From a virus (taxonomy: Duplodnaviria > Caudoviricetes): a stretch of 64,000 bases of DNA. The stretch covers positions 32,001 to 96,000 of the IMG/VR virus record IMGVR_UViG_3300021256_000057; one strand, 5' to 3'. The position numbers were made by a program, and so were the translations under genes. Numbering within the stretch: the first letter of the stretch is position 1; each line of letters starts with the position of its first letter. This document shows, piece by piece, positions 22,807-32,294 of this stretch. Under the pieces are notes generated by a model. The model ran no database searches and was not told the DNA's origin. It worked only from the letters and a program-made list of their open reading frames with translations.

Positions 22807-23172
22807 TTAATCCTCCTCAGAATCTTCATCGAATGGCTCATCGGACCATTCAGCAGTTTCTACATCATAATAAAGACCAACGGCCTCTGCAACATACTCC
22901 GGCTCAAACCAGAGAAGGTCATTCAGCTCCGTCTCATCGATAACGCCCTCACCGATAGCCTCATTATAGTAAACCTCGTCAATGAAGTTTGCAAGTGCAT
23001 CCCACTTGTCATATCGGTCAAGAGCCGCTGCGGTATCCTTTGCGCCAGACCATGGTGTATAGCCGTCGAATGCATCAGAAATGAGTTTAGCAGCCTTGAT
23101 AGGCTTACGACGTCTTGAAACTCTTGCGGATGCTGTTACATCACGTCTGCGGCCTCTAGCAGTATACTTCAT
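22807..23172 (-). CDS. Leader-bearing acidic protein
   Basis: Basic leader ...DVTAS...PIKAA followed by a WSGA...TELNDLLWF domain. Confidence 0.75.
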   Translation of the reverse strand: MKYTARGRRRDVTASARVSRRRKPIKAAKLISDAFDGYTPWSGAKDTAAALDRYDKWDALANFIDEVYYNEAIGEGVIDETELNDLLWFEPEYVAEAVGLYYDVETAEWSDEPFDEDSEED

Positions 23173-23237
23173 ATGTAAATTCCTCCTATATAATAATCGG
23201 TAGACCTATTGTCAGATCTACCGATATATAAGGTTAG

Positions 23238-23825
23238 TTATCTGACACCCTTTTTGAAATGACAGCCTTCATACTCCTCATTATTGATAATAGCATGGAT
23301 AAGCCTAGCAGGATCTAGCGATTTCTCAATGCATATATCAAGTATATCAGAATAGGTTTCCCCCTCTTCAATGCAGAATACTGGATATGGAGTGCTCGAA
23401 GTCGATTCTTCTGCGGTACTCCATATGATATTGTTCACATAATTATTGAAGTGACAACCATCTTTGTGTACTGGATATGTGTATAGAAGCGGCTTCTCAA
23501 CAAATGTAATTGCCACTAAATATGCTGCACTGTGTACACTCTTTACACCGCCTACTTCTACCATATAGGTTATCTGGTCATGGGTACGTTCATATAGCGC
23601 ACAGATCTTGCCTGGTGTGATGTAGATATGCTCCTCTGTCACCCTTGACAAAACAGGAGTAAGCCGCAGACGACCATAATTTGATACCTCATATCGGCAA
23701 TTGTGCGGAAACTCTTTCCAGATCTCATGGGCCATTGATAACTCATCCAGTTTAGAGGCCATGATCTGAAGCTCTGCATCAATATTTGGATAAGAAGCAG
23801 GCTTTGGAAACTTTTTGCTACCCAT
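23238..23825 (-). CDS. NUMOD4/HNH homing-endonuclease-like protein (possibly degenerate)
   Basis: EIWKEF...YEVSNYGRLR (NUMOD4); LVAITFV...VHKDG..NN.VNNI.W. Confidence 0.75.
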   Translation of the reverse strand: MGSKKFPKPASYPNIDAELQIMASKLDELSMAHEIWKEFPHNCRYEVSNYGRLRLTPVLSRVTEEHIYITPGKICALYERTHDQITYMVEVGGVKSVHSAAYLVAITFVEKPLLYTYPVHKDGCHFNNYVNNIIWSTAEESTSSTPYPVFCIEEGETYSDILDICIEKSLDPARLIHAIINNEEYEGCHFKKGVR

Positions 23826-23836
23826 TCTCCCACCCA

Positions 23837-24691
23837 TTAGAGATCATCTCGAATAATGGACATCTGGTCTGCCAACTGAAGAAGTCTCACCGTGAGGTAG
23901 TTTTCAGATGCATCCATGAGATCGTAGCTCTCATTCTGACACATATTGAACGCAGACATATGCCATCTGATAGCAAGCGCCTGCTCTACACTGAGATTAA
24001 AGAACTTCATTGCCATATACATTGATGTTACTCCGTGTCCAAGAGGAATCTTAGAAGAGTTACACTTGTATGCTCTCTCCTTATGCCACACACCATCATC
24101 ATCCTTGACATTTCTGAAATACTGCTCATACAGATTGATCTTACACCAATCGTGGACCAATGCGGTCAGAAGTGCCGGAGCTGCATCTGTTACGCTTGTA
24201 AATGTGATAGTATTGAGCAACTCCACCATCTTAGAGTACACCATCAGATGATGCTGATACAGACCGCATGGATAGGATTCATGATACTTCGTGGATGCCG
24301 GAGCTGTATAGAAGTCTGTCGTTGAAAGCCAATCAAGACAGCGCTTTGAAGCTGCTTCGGCTTTATCATCATTCTTTAGCATAATGTAGTAGATACCACG
24401 GATGAGATCTTCATAATAATGCACATCATGTACTGTATCTTCATTGATATTGCGGATCTTACCTCTGTCGATGTAGTCTCCAACGATGAACTCTGGCCGC
24501 TTCTGAAATTCAGACCAGTCTCCCATAACAGAATAATAGTCAGGAATCTCCTCCATGTTCTTTGTTGGCTCGTCCCTATGGAGAATACAAATATAGCTTC
24601 CTGTAGAAGTATCGAACACCTCATACAGGCTAGATGCTCCAAGGCGGACGAACCAATGCTTGAAATCTTCTCTCTTCTTAAAGTCTGTCAT
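23837..24691 (-). CDS. HD-domain hydrolase
   Basis: TDFYTAPASTKYH, HH, LVHDWCK, GHG, AIRWHM, LAD. Confidence 0.9.
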   Translation of the reverse strand: MTDFKKREDFKHWFVRLGASSLYEVFDTSTGSYICILHRDEPTKNMEEIPDYYSVMGDWSEFQKRPEFIVGDYIDRGKIRNINEDTVHDVHYYEDLIRGIYYIMLKNDDKAEAASKRCLDWLSTTDFYTAPASTKYHESYPCGLYQHHLMVYSKMVELLNTITFTSVTDAAPALLTALVHDWCKINLYEQYFRNVKDDDGVWHKERAYKCNSSKIPLGHGVTSMYMAMKFFNLSVEQALAIRWHMSAFNMCQNESYDLMDASENYLTVRLLQLADQMSIIRDDL

Positions 24692-24692
24692 A

Positions 24693-25256
24693 TCAATGAC
24701 CTCCGTTCAATGCAGATTTTGGCATATATTTGCCATCCTTTTTAATATGCTTCATGATAAATCTCTTGTCTGGATATATCGTTTTGAGTTTCCATGTAAC
24801 AGATGTATAATAATAACTATCATCTCTCAGCATATCGGATAGGTAGAACACGAAGTATTTCCCGTCAATGTACTCTATGTTTGTAATGATGATATCCAGT
24901 TTTAGAGAATTAGCGTAATCCTGTGCTTGTCGATGCATCAATTGTAAAACCGCATCATTGGACTGCCGCTCGGATCTGCGCTGTTTCTTTGATCGTTTAC
25001 GTTCATTTGCTTTTGCCTGCTCTTTATAATGATGCTGCCAAAACGCTGTTGACTTGAACCGTTCCAGATACATGCAATTTTTCTCGATACACTTTTGCTG
25101 TACAAGCAACTTCTTCGTAAGATACCCAGGATGGATATTGTAATGGCAGAAACCTACTATCTGCTTTGTTTTAACACATTTAGGCTTGCCATTGATAAGC
25201 CGAACCCTCTGAGTTTCAGCGTCTTTTATCAGCATATCATACTTGTTGTTTGTCAT
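24693..25256 (-). CDS. Hypothetical protein with Cys/His motif
   Basis: GFCHYNIHPGYL...C..KNC. Confidence 0.6.
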   Translation of the reverse strand: MTNNKYDMLIKDAETQRVRLINGKPKCVKTKQIVGFCHYNIHPGYLTKKLLVQQKCIEKNCMYLERFKSTAFWQHHYKEQAKANERKRSKKQRRSERQSNDAVLQLMHRQAQDYANSLKLDIIITNIEYIDGKYFVFYLSDMLRDDSYYYTSVTWKLKTIYPDKRFIMKHIKKDGKYMPKSALNGGH

Positions 25257-25446
25257 TTTCGGTCACTTCTCTTTCATCATCACTCCCGTCTATGACTTTT
25301 TGTGTGTCAAATACACAATCTGGATACTCAAGGCTCATGATCGTGATTTGCCGTAGTGCGGCTTCTTTTGTAGAACAACAGATACCGGCATAGCTCCAGT
25401 TCTTCTTTTTACCAGTCTTCTTTGACTTTACGACCTTCCATAGCAT
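25237..25446 (-). CDS. Hypothetical protein
   Basis: AAGGAG RBS; follows a CTCGTTATA motif. Confidence 0.55.
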   Translation of the reverse strand: MLWKVVKSKKTGKKKNWSYAGICCSTKEAALRQITIMSLEYPDCVFDTQKVIDGSDDEREVTENDKQQV

Positions 25447-25554
25447 ATAGCATCATCTCCTTTCAAGTTGGTCTCCTATTCTATATAACGAGTTATGCAA
25501 AATAAAAAGCCCATGCAGTATCAAAACTGCATGGTAAATCGTGTACTGTATTAG

Positions 25555-26034
25555 TCAGGCTCCTCGCTCCTTTATTTCTCCAGCATAATCAAGTAGTTCT
25601 TTCCTACTAGGTATCGTTTCTATCTCTTGATATGTGACAGGCCACTTATCTATCTTCTTGATATTCAAAGAGTGTTTATCTTCATCTTCAAGTCGTTTGA
25701 TCTCTGTGATATCTATGATGAATGCTCTTTGATATGAAGCGAATAATACGATAACGACCCCTCGTACATGTGCTATCTTAGATTTACGCAAAAGGCCATC
25801 ATGCTGTGTCTCTGTAAGCATAGAGAAGTCGAAACGATCCTTCCAAGTTGCTTTTGATTCTATATAATAGAGTGTTTTTCCGTTGAAGAATGTGAAGTCG
25901 CATATATTCTTCGATCCATACTTACCCGTCATTTGGTCTGGTATTCTATCAAAGCTCCAATCAAGATCAGGTCTATCGAGCCATTGCTGTATCTTATCTT
26001 CAGCTTTTTTGCCTAGTAGAGAATCATCTATCAT
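25555..26034 (-). CDS. RecU-like Holliday junction resolvase
   Basis: GKKAE, CDF, IESKAT, HQ-like QH: PD-(D/E)xK fold. Confidence 0.75.
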   Translation of the reverse strand: MIDDSLLGKKAEDKIQQWLDRPDLDWSFDRIPDQMTGKYGSKNICDFTFFNGKTLYYIESKATWKDRFDFSMLTETQHDGLLRKSKIAHVRGVVIVLFASYQRAFIIDITEIKRLEDEDKHSLNIKKIDKWPVTYQEIETIPSRKELLDYAGEIKERGA

Positions 26035-26102
26035 TGTATATCACCACTGATTTGTAATACATGCAGCAAAGCCGTTGACCTTGCTGCATGTTATTGCGGA
26101 TA

Positions 26103-27833
26103 TTAGAAGCCAGGGATAGCGTTAAGGTAGACAACCTGATATAGCTCGTCAATATCATCTTGAAGGTCATCCCAGTCAGGAATGATATCCTTACCAGACT
26201 GAATCCAATAGATATTATTATCACCATCTAGGAACGTGATAGCTTCTGGTGTTACCTCTGCTCTGATATTATATACATCGCCATCATTTAGATGTTTATC
26301 AAGCAGAGCTACTACACCATCTGCAAGCGCCTGATAATACTCTACATTAGATTCTACAGGGGTCTTGTTAGTGCCAGGATTTGTATAAACGGATGCATTT
26401 ACGCAGTCGCAAGCCTCTACCAACTCTGGGTAGGCCTCATCTAGAATAGAGTATACGATATCGGCAAGTTCACTAGAAGAACGCTCGTAATCATGTGCAT
26501 ATGCATAGCACTCATCTACGATATTTGGATCGAGTTTAGTAGGTGTTCTGCTCTGGTACTCATCAAGGATCTCGGTCACAAGGGCAACTGACTTGTTCTC
26601 TTCATAGCCCATACCCTCTGGATCTTGTGAGAACTCATCCGGCTCGTATGTATTATCAAAATTGTCTACATCGATTCGAGATGCTGTAACAGAGTTATCA
26701 CAGGATGTGACATCTTCCTTACCGTTCCAGTAGCTCTGGAAATCACCGAGCTCCTCAACTTCTCCAGTTTCATTGTCAGTAATTCTAACAGCTCCACCGC
26801 GACCATGAAGTGAATCCGCCCACTTGACCGCCTTGTTGTAATCATCAAAGAACTTTACAGCAAGCGGTTCATTCTCACCCTGATCAAGAGCGACTTCATA
26901 TCTATGAGAATCGGTGGATGCTGTAACAGAGTTATCACAGGCCTCTACCCGCTGAAACTCCCACTGATCAGCGGTCTCATCCGCACCGAACTTCTGTACA
27001 TAATGTCTGAATGTCTCAGCTTCATTCTTCGCAGTGAACTCTGTCAAATAAGTGTTATAAGCATACCCACCGTTTTCGAGACCAACTACAACGGCATAGT
27101 CACCACGATACGGTTGTACGTTTACCTTATTTGGACCAGGGTTCTTTAGAGTACGATTGTACTTCTTCTCAATAGAAGTAGATGACTTAACATCACTCGT
27201 TCCGGAAGTGTCGTTTGATGTTTGCTGATACTCTGGATTAGGAACTCGTCTATGAATGATCCTATGAGCATATTGCGGTTCGTTCTCATCATACTCTTTC
27301 TTCGCCTTTTTGATCTCTGAATAGGTAGCACCTTTTTCAAATTCAAAAAGATCATCCCATCCGTATCCATAGTTACCTTGCAAAATAGCAACTTCAATGG
27401 TCTTGGGAGTTCTTGCGGCCTTTACAGTGTACTTCTTCTTGGTAGATGCATTTGTTCTTCCAGTTTTCGTGGAGCTCAAGATCCCATCTTTGTCATAGGA
27501 GTCATCAAATATTGATAGAACCTTTCCAGCAGTATATCCATTAGGTCTGCCATCTGGAACCCATTCATATTCTACATCGTATCTGCGATTACCTTTTTCG
27601 TAAATAGCGTAACCAGTTCCCGCTGAAGTGTCACCATATTCGGTCTGTACAAATCCTTGTTTTGACAGTGCATCATTTACAATACGGAAGTCCTTACCAA
27701 CCATACTTGTAATGGTATTTGCTGCGATCCTTGCAGAGGACTTAATGGACTTTTTCTTCTTCAACCTAGACATGCCACGTTTGGCCAGTGTCGATGATGC
27801 GACCATCCGCTTTTTATTTGTAGTGATCTTCAT
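26103..27833 (-). CDS. Leader-bearing multi-domain polyprotein
   Basis: Basic leader and internal [VI]-x-[AS]-[SC] linkers separating about six small domains. Confidence 0.8.
   Translation of the reverse strand: MKITTNKKRMVASSTLAKRGMSRLKKKKSIKSSARIAANTITSMVGKDFRIVNDALSKQGFVQTEYGDTSAGTGYAIYEKGNRRYDVEYEWVPDGRPNGYTAGKVLSIFDDSYDKDGILSSTKTGRTNASTKKKYTVKAARTPKTIEVAILQGNYGYGWDDLFEFEKGATYSEIKKAKKEYDENEPQYAHRIIHRRVPNPEYQQTSNDTSGTSDVKSSTSIEKKYNRTLKNPGPNKVNVQPYRGDYAVVVGLENGGYAYNTYLTEFTAKNEAETFRHYVQKFGADETADQWEFQRVEACDNSVTASTDSHRYEVALDQGENEPLAVKFFDDYNKAVKWADSLHGRGGAVRITDNETGEVEELGDFQSYWNGKEDVTSCDNSVTASRIDVDNFDNTYEPDEFSQDPEGMGYEENKSVALVTEILDEYQSRTPTKLDPNIVDECYAYAHDYERSSSELADIVYSILDEAYPELVEACDCVNASVYTNPGTNKTPVESNVEYYQALADGVVALLDKHLNDGDVYNIRAEVTPEAITFLDGDNNIYWIQSGKDIIPDWDDLQDDIDELYQVVYLNAIPGF
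26680..26941. repeat. 25-bp exact direct repeat encoding the linker CDNSVTAS
   Basis: gatgctgtaacagagttatcacagg at 26680-26704 and 26917-26941. Confidence 0.9.
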
Positions 27834-27849
27834 AGATTTATCTCACACC

Positions 27850-28212
27850 TCACTCAGAATACATGTCATTGAACTTCTGGATATTGATCTTTGTTCTCTT
27901 GAAGCCATCGGCAACCTTGGCAGCATCCATCCACTTGTCGACAACATACTCACAGTAATCAGTAGCACCATCATCCTCTGTATTGATGGGGAAGAAGTTC
28001 ACAACTGCCTCAAAGGTAACATTACCATTGTTGTTGAACGTCTCCACATCAATATTTGGGAGATAATCCTGCTTTGGAGTAAGAGTGACCTTCAAATCCT
28101 TCTTGGACAAATCAAGATCATAGTAGTCGTCTGTGATGTCGAGCAGAGTATCATAAATACTCTCAAAAGCGAGATCAGAAATGTTTGTAGCGGCCTTTAC
28201 ATACTTTTTCAT
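27850..28212 (-). CDS. Leader-bearing protein (MKKYVKAA)
   Basis: AGGAGG RBS before ATG 28212. Confidence 0.75.
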   Translation of the reverse strand: MKKYVKAATNISDLAFESIYDTLLDITDDYYDLDLSKKDLKVTLTPKQDYLPNIDVETFNNNGNVTFEAVVNFFPINTEDDGATDYCEYVVDKWMDAAKVADGFKRTKINIQKFNDMYSE

Positions 28213-28242
28213 AATATTATTCCTCCTATAGATCATTTGTTG

Positions 28243-28566
28243 TTATCTTCTGCGGATGGTAATGGGCTCTTTGTTTAGCAGTGTAACGTAGACGCCGCTA
28301 TCATCTGGGTAATATTTATTACCAGCGATCTCAGATTCAGATACTTTGTCCATGTAGTCAAACGCCTTATTAGTCCATGCCTCATTTGCAACGCTATCTC
28401 TAGTAGGCTTGCTCTGTATCCGTTGAAAGCCGTTTTCTGCTTTTCGTTTTGTGTCATAGACAAGCACCTGAATCTTTGAAGATGCTTCGTCCAGCAGAAG
28501 GATGCCAAACATACCAGAATAGTCTTGTGGTTCTTTGTAAAGAGATGATCTAATGTAGTAGTACAT
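28243..28566 (-). CDS. Leader-bearing protein (MYYYIRSS)
   Basis: Leader variant; AGGAG RBS. Confidence 0.7.
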   Translation of the reverse strand: MYYYIRSSLYKEPQDYSGMFGILLLDEASSKIQVLVYDTKRKAENGFQRIQSKPTRDSVANEAWTNKAFDYMDKVSESEIAGNKYYPDDSGVYVTLLNKEPITIRRR

Positions 28567-28580
28567 TTAGTTATCTCCTG

Positions 28581-29060
28581 TCAAACGATAGTCACACTTT
28601 GCACGATCTTACGAACTGCTGGCTCTGCGATCTTTTTGACATAGGCTTCAATAGCATCAGTATCATATTGCGAGAGATCAATATCAGAATAGATAATGTC
28701 AACAGCATAGATCTCATTATTGGCAACACCAACGTACATCTCGATCTCGCCCACATTTTTGCTATTTCTGTAATCGTATAGATACCTTGCATCAGGTCGA
28801 GCATACTTCATCACATCGATATCATCAGTCGTAATCGTGAAATTGATATCAAATGATACCATAGAACCGTAGTTTGTAATAGATGCATAGTAATCAAACG
28901 TATCTTCGTTGATAGTGCAGTTTCTGTCGATCTTCGCAAGCTCTGTAGTAGGAAGAACCTCATACTCAGCAATACGGTACAGCTCCTCTACAGTAGACTC
29001 ATCGATTTCTTCGCCGTTTTCATCATATCCGTAGAAATTACCCTTGATATATCGTACCAT
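28581..29060 (-). CDS. Leader-bearing acidic protein (MVRYIKGN)
   Basis: Leader; preceded by both phage promoter motifs. Confidence 0.75.
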   Translation of the reverse strand: MVRYIKGNFYGYDENGEEIDESTVEELYRIAEYEVLPTTELAKIDRNCTINEDTFDYYASITNYGSMVSFDINFTITTDDIDVMKYARPDARYLYDYRNSKNVGEIEMYVGVANNEIYAVDIIYSDIDLSQYDTDAIEAYVKKIAEPAVRKIVQSVTIV

Positions 29061-29203
29061 AATAACCCTCCTATTATTAGTAAAAATGTAGCCTATATGC
29101 TACGATTATATATAAGGTTAGATTTCTTATACTATATAACGAATGCTGATTAAAAAAATGACAATCCACTATCACAGTGGATTGCCACATAATATATTCA
29201 AAA

Positions 29204-29788
29204 TTATCGTCGTTTCATGACGTCTATCCATTCAGATATCTGCTCATCTATGTCTACAAACGCAGCTTCATACGAATCATATGTTTGATCGTTTACTACA
29301 ATTTCTTTTATATAAGGTCTTGGGTCTTTTGAAATGTCCTTTGTCAGTTCTTTGTATTTTTCTGTCATGGTCTCTTCTTTTTTATGTGCCTGAGAAGCAG
29401 GTGATCTATGAGTAGGATGATTCGATATTCTAAGTCTTAGCCTAAACTTAAAATAGATTCTTCCGCTTTCCTTGTCTTTTGCTAAAAAAGAATAATAATG
29501 AGAGTAATACTCGGATTTTCCCTCATAGAACAACTCTAGTCCATAATACTCTGTGAGAAGATCCTCCAAAGATTCTATGAACGCATTGTAGTCTACTTCT
29601 ATTTTGTCAGTTATAATGGCATCTTTTATTCCTGGTATGACGTCCCCATCTGGTATTGTAATGCCCTTATGCATTGCCGCAGCGATTTCTCCATCACTGT
29701 ATTTAGGCACTATAATAACATCAATATCATACTCCATAGGTGTGCTGCTATGTCCAACAGAATCAGATGATCTAATGTATCTCTTCAT
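29204..29788 (-). CDS. Leader-bearing protein (MKRYIRSS), RIS[ND]HP family, paralog of 43689-44237
   Basis: Shared GEIAA, DY..FI, S.YY.F..KD..SG, RIS.HP, Y..Y..A motifs. Confidence 0.8.
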   Translation of the reverse strand: MKRYIRSSDSVGHSSTPMEYDIDVIIVPKYSDGEIAAAMHKGITIPDGDVIPGIKDAIITDKIEVDYNAFIESLEDLLTEYYGLELFYEGKSEYYSHYYSFLAKDKESGRIYFKFRLRLRISNHPTHRSPASQAHKKEETMTEKYKELTKDISKDPRPYIKEIVVNDQTYDSYEAAFVDIDEQISEWIDVMKRR

Positions 29789-29832
29789 AATATCACCTCT
29801 TTAGGATATGCAAATCCTACTTTTCTGTTTAT

Positions 29833-29861
29833 ATTATACCACACTCCAACCAATTTGTCAA
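29833..29861 (-). promoter_or_regulatory. Sigma-A type promoter with overlapping inverted repeat
   Basis: TTGACA-17-TATAAT on the minus strand; ccacactcca/tggagtgtgg IR (29839-29876) spans the -35. Confidence 0.75.
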
Positions 29862-29973
29862 TAGGCTGGAGTGTGGTGGATGCTAATACAAGATATACTT
29901 TTAGTCCCCAAAAAGTTAAACTTGATTTGAATCAGCAACGATTAACTATGGGGCATTTAGTTCAAGATATACT

Positions 29974-30699
29974 TTACCGAATGATTCCGATCTCCTCTAG
30001 TAGATCTTGAAGACTGCTATAGTCAGTTCTGTCTCCATAAGCATCTATGATATACCCATTGTAATTGTCAATGTCAATGTATGCGGTCTCTCCACCATCA
30101 GAGTATTCATATACATTCGTGTCTATCTTATTTGCTCCTTTTAGGGGAAGTCCAGCCGCTAGAAGATCATCTAGGCCATACTCATCCCATGCATAAAGCT
30201 CATCACATAGGCCCTTTGCATCCTGTACAGTCTTAACAGGATACGCATATGGAAGCTCTACCATGTTTCCATCTGGATTCCACCAAACATATGCATCGTT
30301 TAGATCAGCATCGTAGGTACATCCAAATCCTAGCCACATGTATTTATCCCACCACGGCTCGTCAATACCGGCACTCTCAAAGCCATTTGCTTCTAAAACA
30401 TCAATGATGCCTGGATTAGTAGTAGATGCTTTGATAGAACGTGATCTTCTGCTTACTTTTGTAGATTCATCAATCGGAACATATGTGTTAGTATAATAAT
30501 CAATAAGTAGCTCGATAGCTCTTGCATCAAGGTTAATACCCTTTGTGCTACCAGATTTCAAAATAGCATGTGACCAGTTAGGATTATTGTCATAGTCGAT
30601 GTCTTTTAGCATCTGACGGAGCTGCCCTACTTTATAATCATCGCCTACACATGTGATTTTTCTTACATTATTTTTAGCACAAACTTTTGATTTTCTCAT
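29974..30699 (-). CDS. Leader-bearing two-domain polyprotein
   Basis: MRKSKVCAK..ITC; internal linker IDESTKVSRRSRSIKAST. Confidence 0.75.
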   Translation of the reverse strand: MRKSKVCAKNNVRKITCVGDDYKVGQLRQMLKDIDYDNNPNWSHAILKSGSTKGINLDARAIELLIDYYTNTYVPIDESTKVSRRSRSIKASTTNPGIIDVLEANGFESAGIDEPWWDKYMWLGFGCTYDADLNDAYVWWNPDGNMVELPYAYPVKTVQDAKGLCDELYAWDEYGLDDLLAAGLPLKGANKIDTNVYEYSDGGETAYIDIDNYNGYIIDAYGDRTDYSSLQDLLEEIGIIR

Positions 30700-30718
30700 A
30701 ATAATCCCCCACCTATAA

Positions 30719-31819
30719 TTACTCTGGAATCCCTACTTGTTCATCTGCATAGAAGATCTCGAAGTCAAGACCTTTCTGACCGCTTGCATAGAATGTATGA
30801 TCAGGATCCCCATCATAGTAATCCATTTCATCTTCAATGAGAGCTACAAAAACAGCAGCGGTGTCTCTTGGAGTACCGTCAAAATCAAAAGGATCACCAT
30901 ATTCATTACACCATTCCTGGAACTTCTCAAGAATTACCGGATCCTCACACAGTCTCTCGATAGTATCGGTAAGCTCATACACACTACCAGTAAACACCTT
31001 TTTGCCATTGAAGTACATTACAATGTCATCTGCATCATAAGAGCATGTGATCTTCTTAGCAGAGCTTACATAGTTCACATCATCAACAGAAAGACCAAGA
31101 TCATTTGCATACTCCATGTATTCATCTACTGCATAGTCCCATGTATGGATGATAAGGGTATTTGCATTAAATCTTGTGATCGTGTCTCCTGCGCTGAGTG
31201 CAGCGTTCTTTAGATCCATGATAGCACTTTGTTCTCCGATGAATGTAAGATCTACCTCTGCATCATCTACGGATGCAGTAACTCTACGCACATTGGAAGA
31301 TGAATAAATGCTCTTACCAAATTCATAGTTCTCATCAGTAACACCGCTGTACCATACAAGCTCTCCGTGTTTGTCTTGCATGTTACCAAGTTTTTCGATG
31401 CACTCTGCTTCACTGTCGCCACCGACCTCGCAGGTATATCCATCGGCAAACTCACCCTCTACTAGAAATGGGAAGATGAGCTGCCTTCCAGATGCCTTGA
31501 TAGCTCTACGAGATCTAACCTTAGTAGCACTATTGATATCCTCATCTACATATACGTTAGTTACCTTTCCGGCATGAGCATCGCCCTTACGCTTACCAGC
31601 TACCCAACGATACTGAAGCTCTACTTCCTTATTACCTTTTCGGTATACAGCGTAACCAGTGTTATCATCCTTATCGCCATATTCGTGTTCATGGTATCCA
31701 TCCATTGTAAGGATATCTCTTGCCTTGGTAAAGTCTGTGCCTTTAAGGGTAGCATAGTCCTTTGATGCTCGAATAGCACGTCTATGCTTATTAGCAAAAA
31801 CAGTATAGCGCTTCTTCAT
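30719..31819 (-). CDS. Leader-bearing four-domain polyprotein
   Basis: Linkers RRAIRAS, INSATKVRSRRAIKAS, IYSSSNVRRVTAS, VSSAKKITCS. Confidence 0.8.
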   Translation of the reverse strand: MKKRYTVFANKHRRAIRASKDYATLKGTDFTKARDILTMDGYHEHEYGDKDDNTGYAVYRKGNKEVELQYRWVAGKRKGDAHAGKVTNVYVDEDINSATKVRSRRAIKASGRQLIFPFLVEGEFADGYTCEVGGDSEAECIEKLGNMQDKHGELVWYSGVTDENYEFGKSIYSSSNVRRVTASVDDAEVDLTFIGEQSAIMDLKNAALSAGDTITRFNANTLIIHTWDYAVDEYMEYANDLGLSVDDVNYVSSAKKITCSYDADDIVMYFNGKKVFTGSVYELTDTIERLCEDPVILEKFQEWCNEYGDPFDFDGTPRDTAAVFVALIEDEMDYYDGDPDHTFYASGQKGLDFEIFYADEQVGIPE

Positions 31820-31825
31820 AACTTG

Positions 31826-32047
31826 TTATTCCTCCTCTGATAGCATCTGCGATACAAGATCAATGTATCCGTCTAGTGTTTGTCGAATATCATCAATAAG
31901 ATTCATAGCATCTTCGCTATGCCCCTTACGATCAATAGTTTCAAGCGCGACCTGGATGTAGTCCACATCCTCGGACAGCTCCTTGAGCATATCATTGACT
32001 GTGATTTCTTCCTGTACATCTGCCGCTTTAATATATCTCTTCATCAA
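31826..32047 (-). CDS. Leader-bearing small acidic protein (MKRYIKAA)
   Basis: Conserved leader. Confidence 0.7.
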   Translation of the reverse strand: MMKRYIKAADVQEEITVNDMLKELSEDVDYIQVALETIDRKGHSEDAMNLIDDIRQTLDGYIDLVSQMLSEEE

Positions 32048-32289
32048 GCATCATCCTCGGTTTCTACCCAGAATCTATGACTTCTGTCCATTGAATACTG
32101 ACGACGTACTGGACTACCATCATCAGTATACTCTATTTCCTTATCGACACGTTCATATGATGTGATTCTTCGACCGTTTGAAGTCCAGTAGCCAGTAGGA
32201 CGCATCAAGCATCTTTCTCCAGTATTTCCAATTCTTCCTGAAACAGCCCCAGGTTCACGAACTGCCTTTGAGATAATGTATCGTTTCAT
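32044..32289 (-). CDS. Leader-bearing small protein (MKRYIISK)
   Basis: Leader variant. Confidence 0.65.
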   Translation of the reverse strand: MKRYIISKAVREPGAVSGRIGNTGERCLMRPTGYWTSNGRRITSYERVDKEIEYTDDGSPVRRQYSMDRSHRFWVETEDDA

Positions 32290-32294
32290 TGAAA

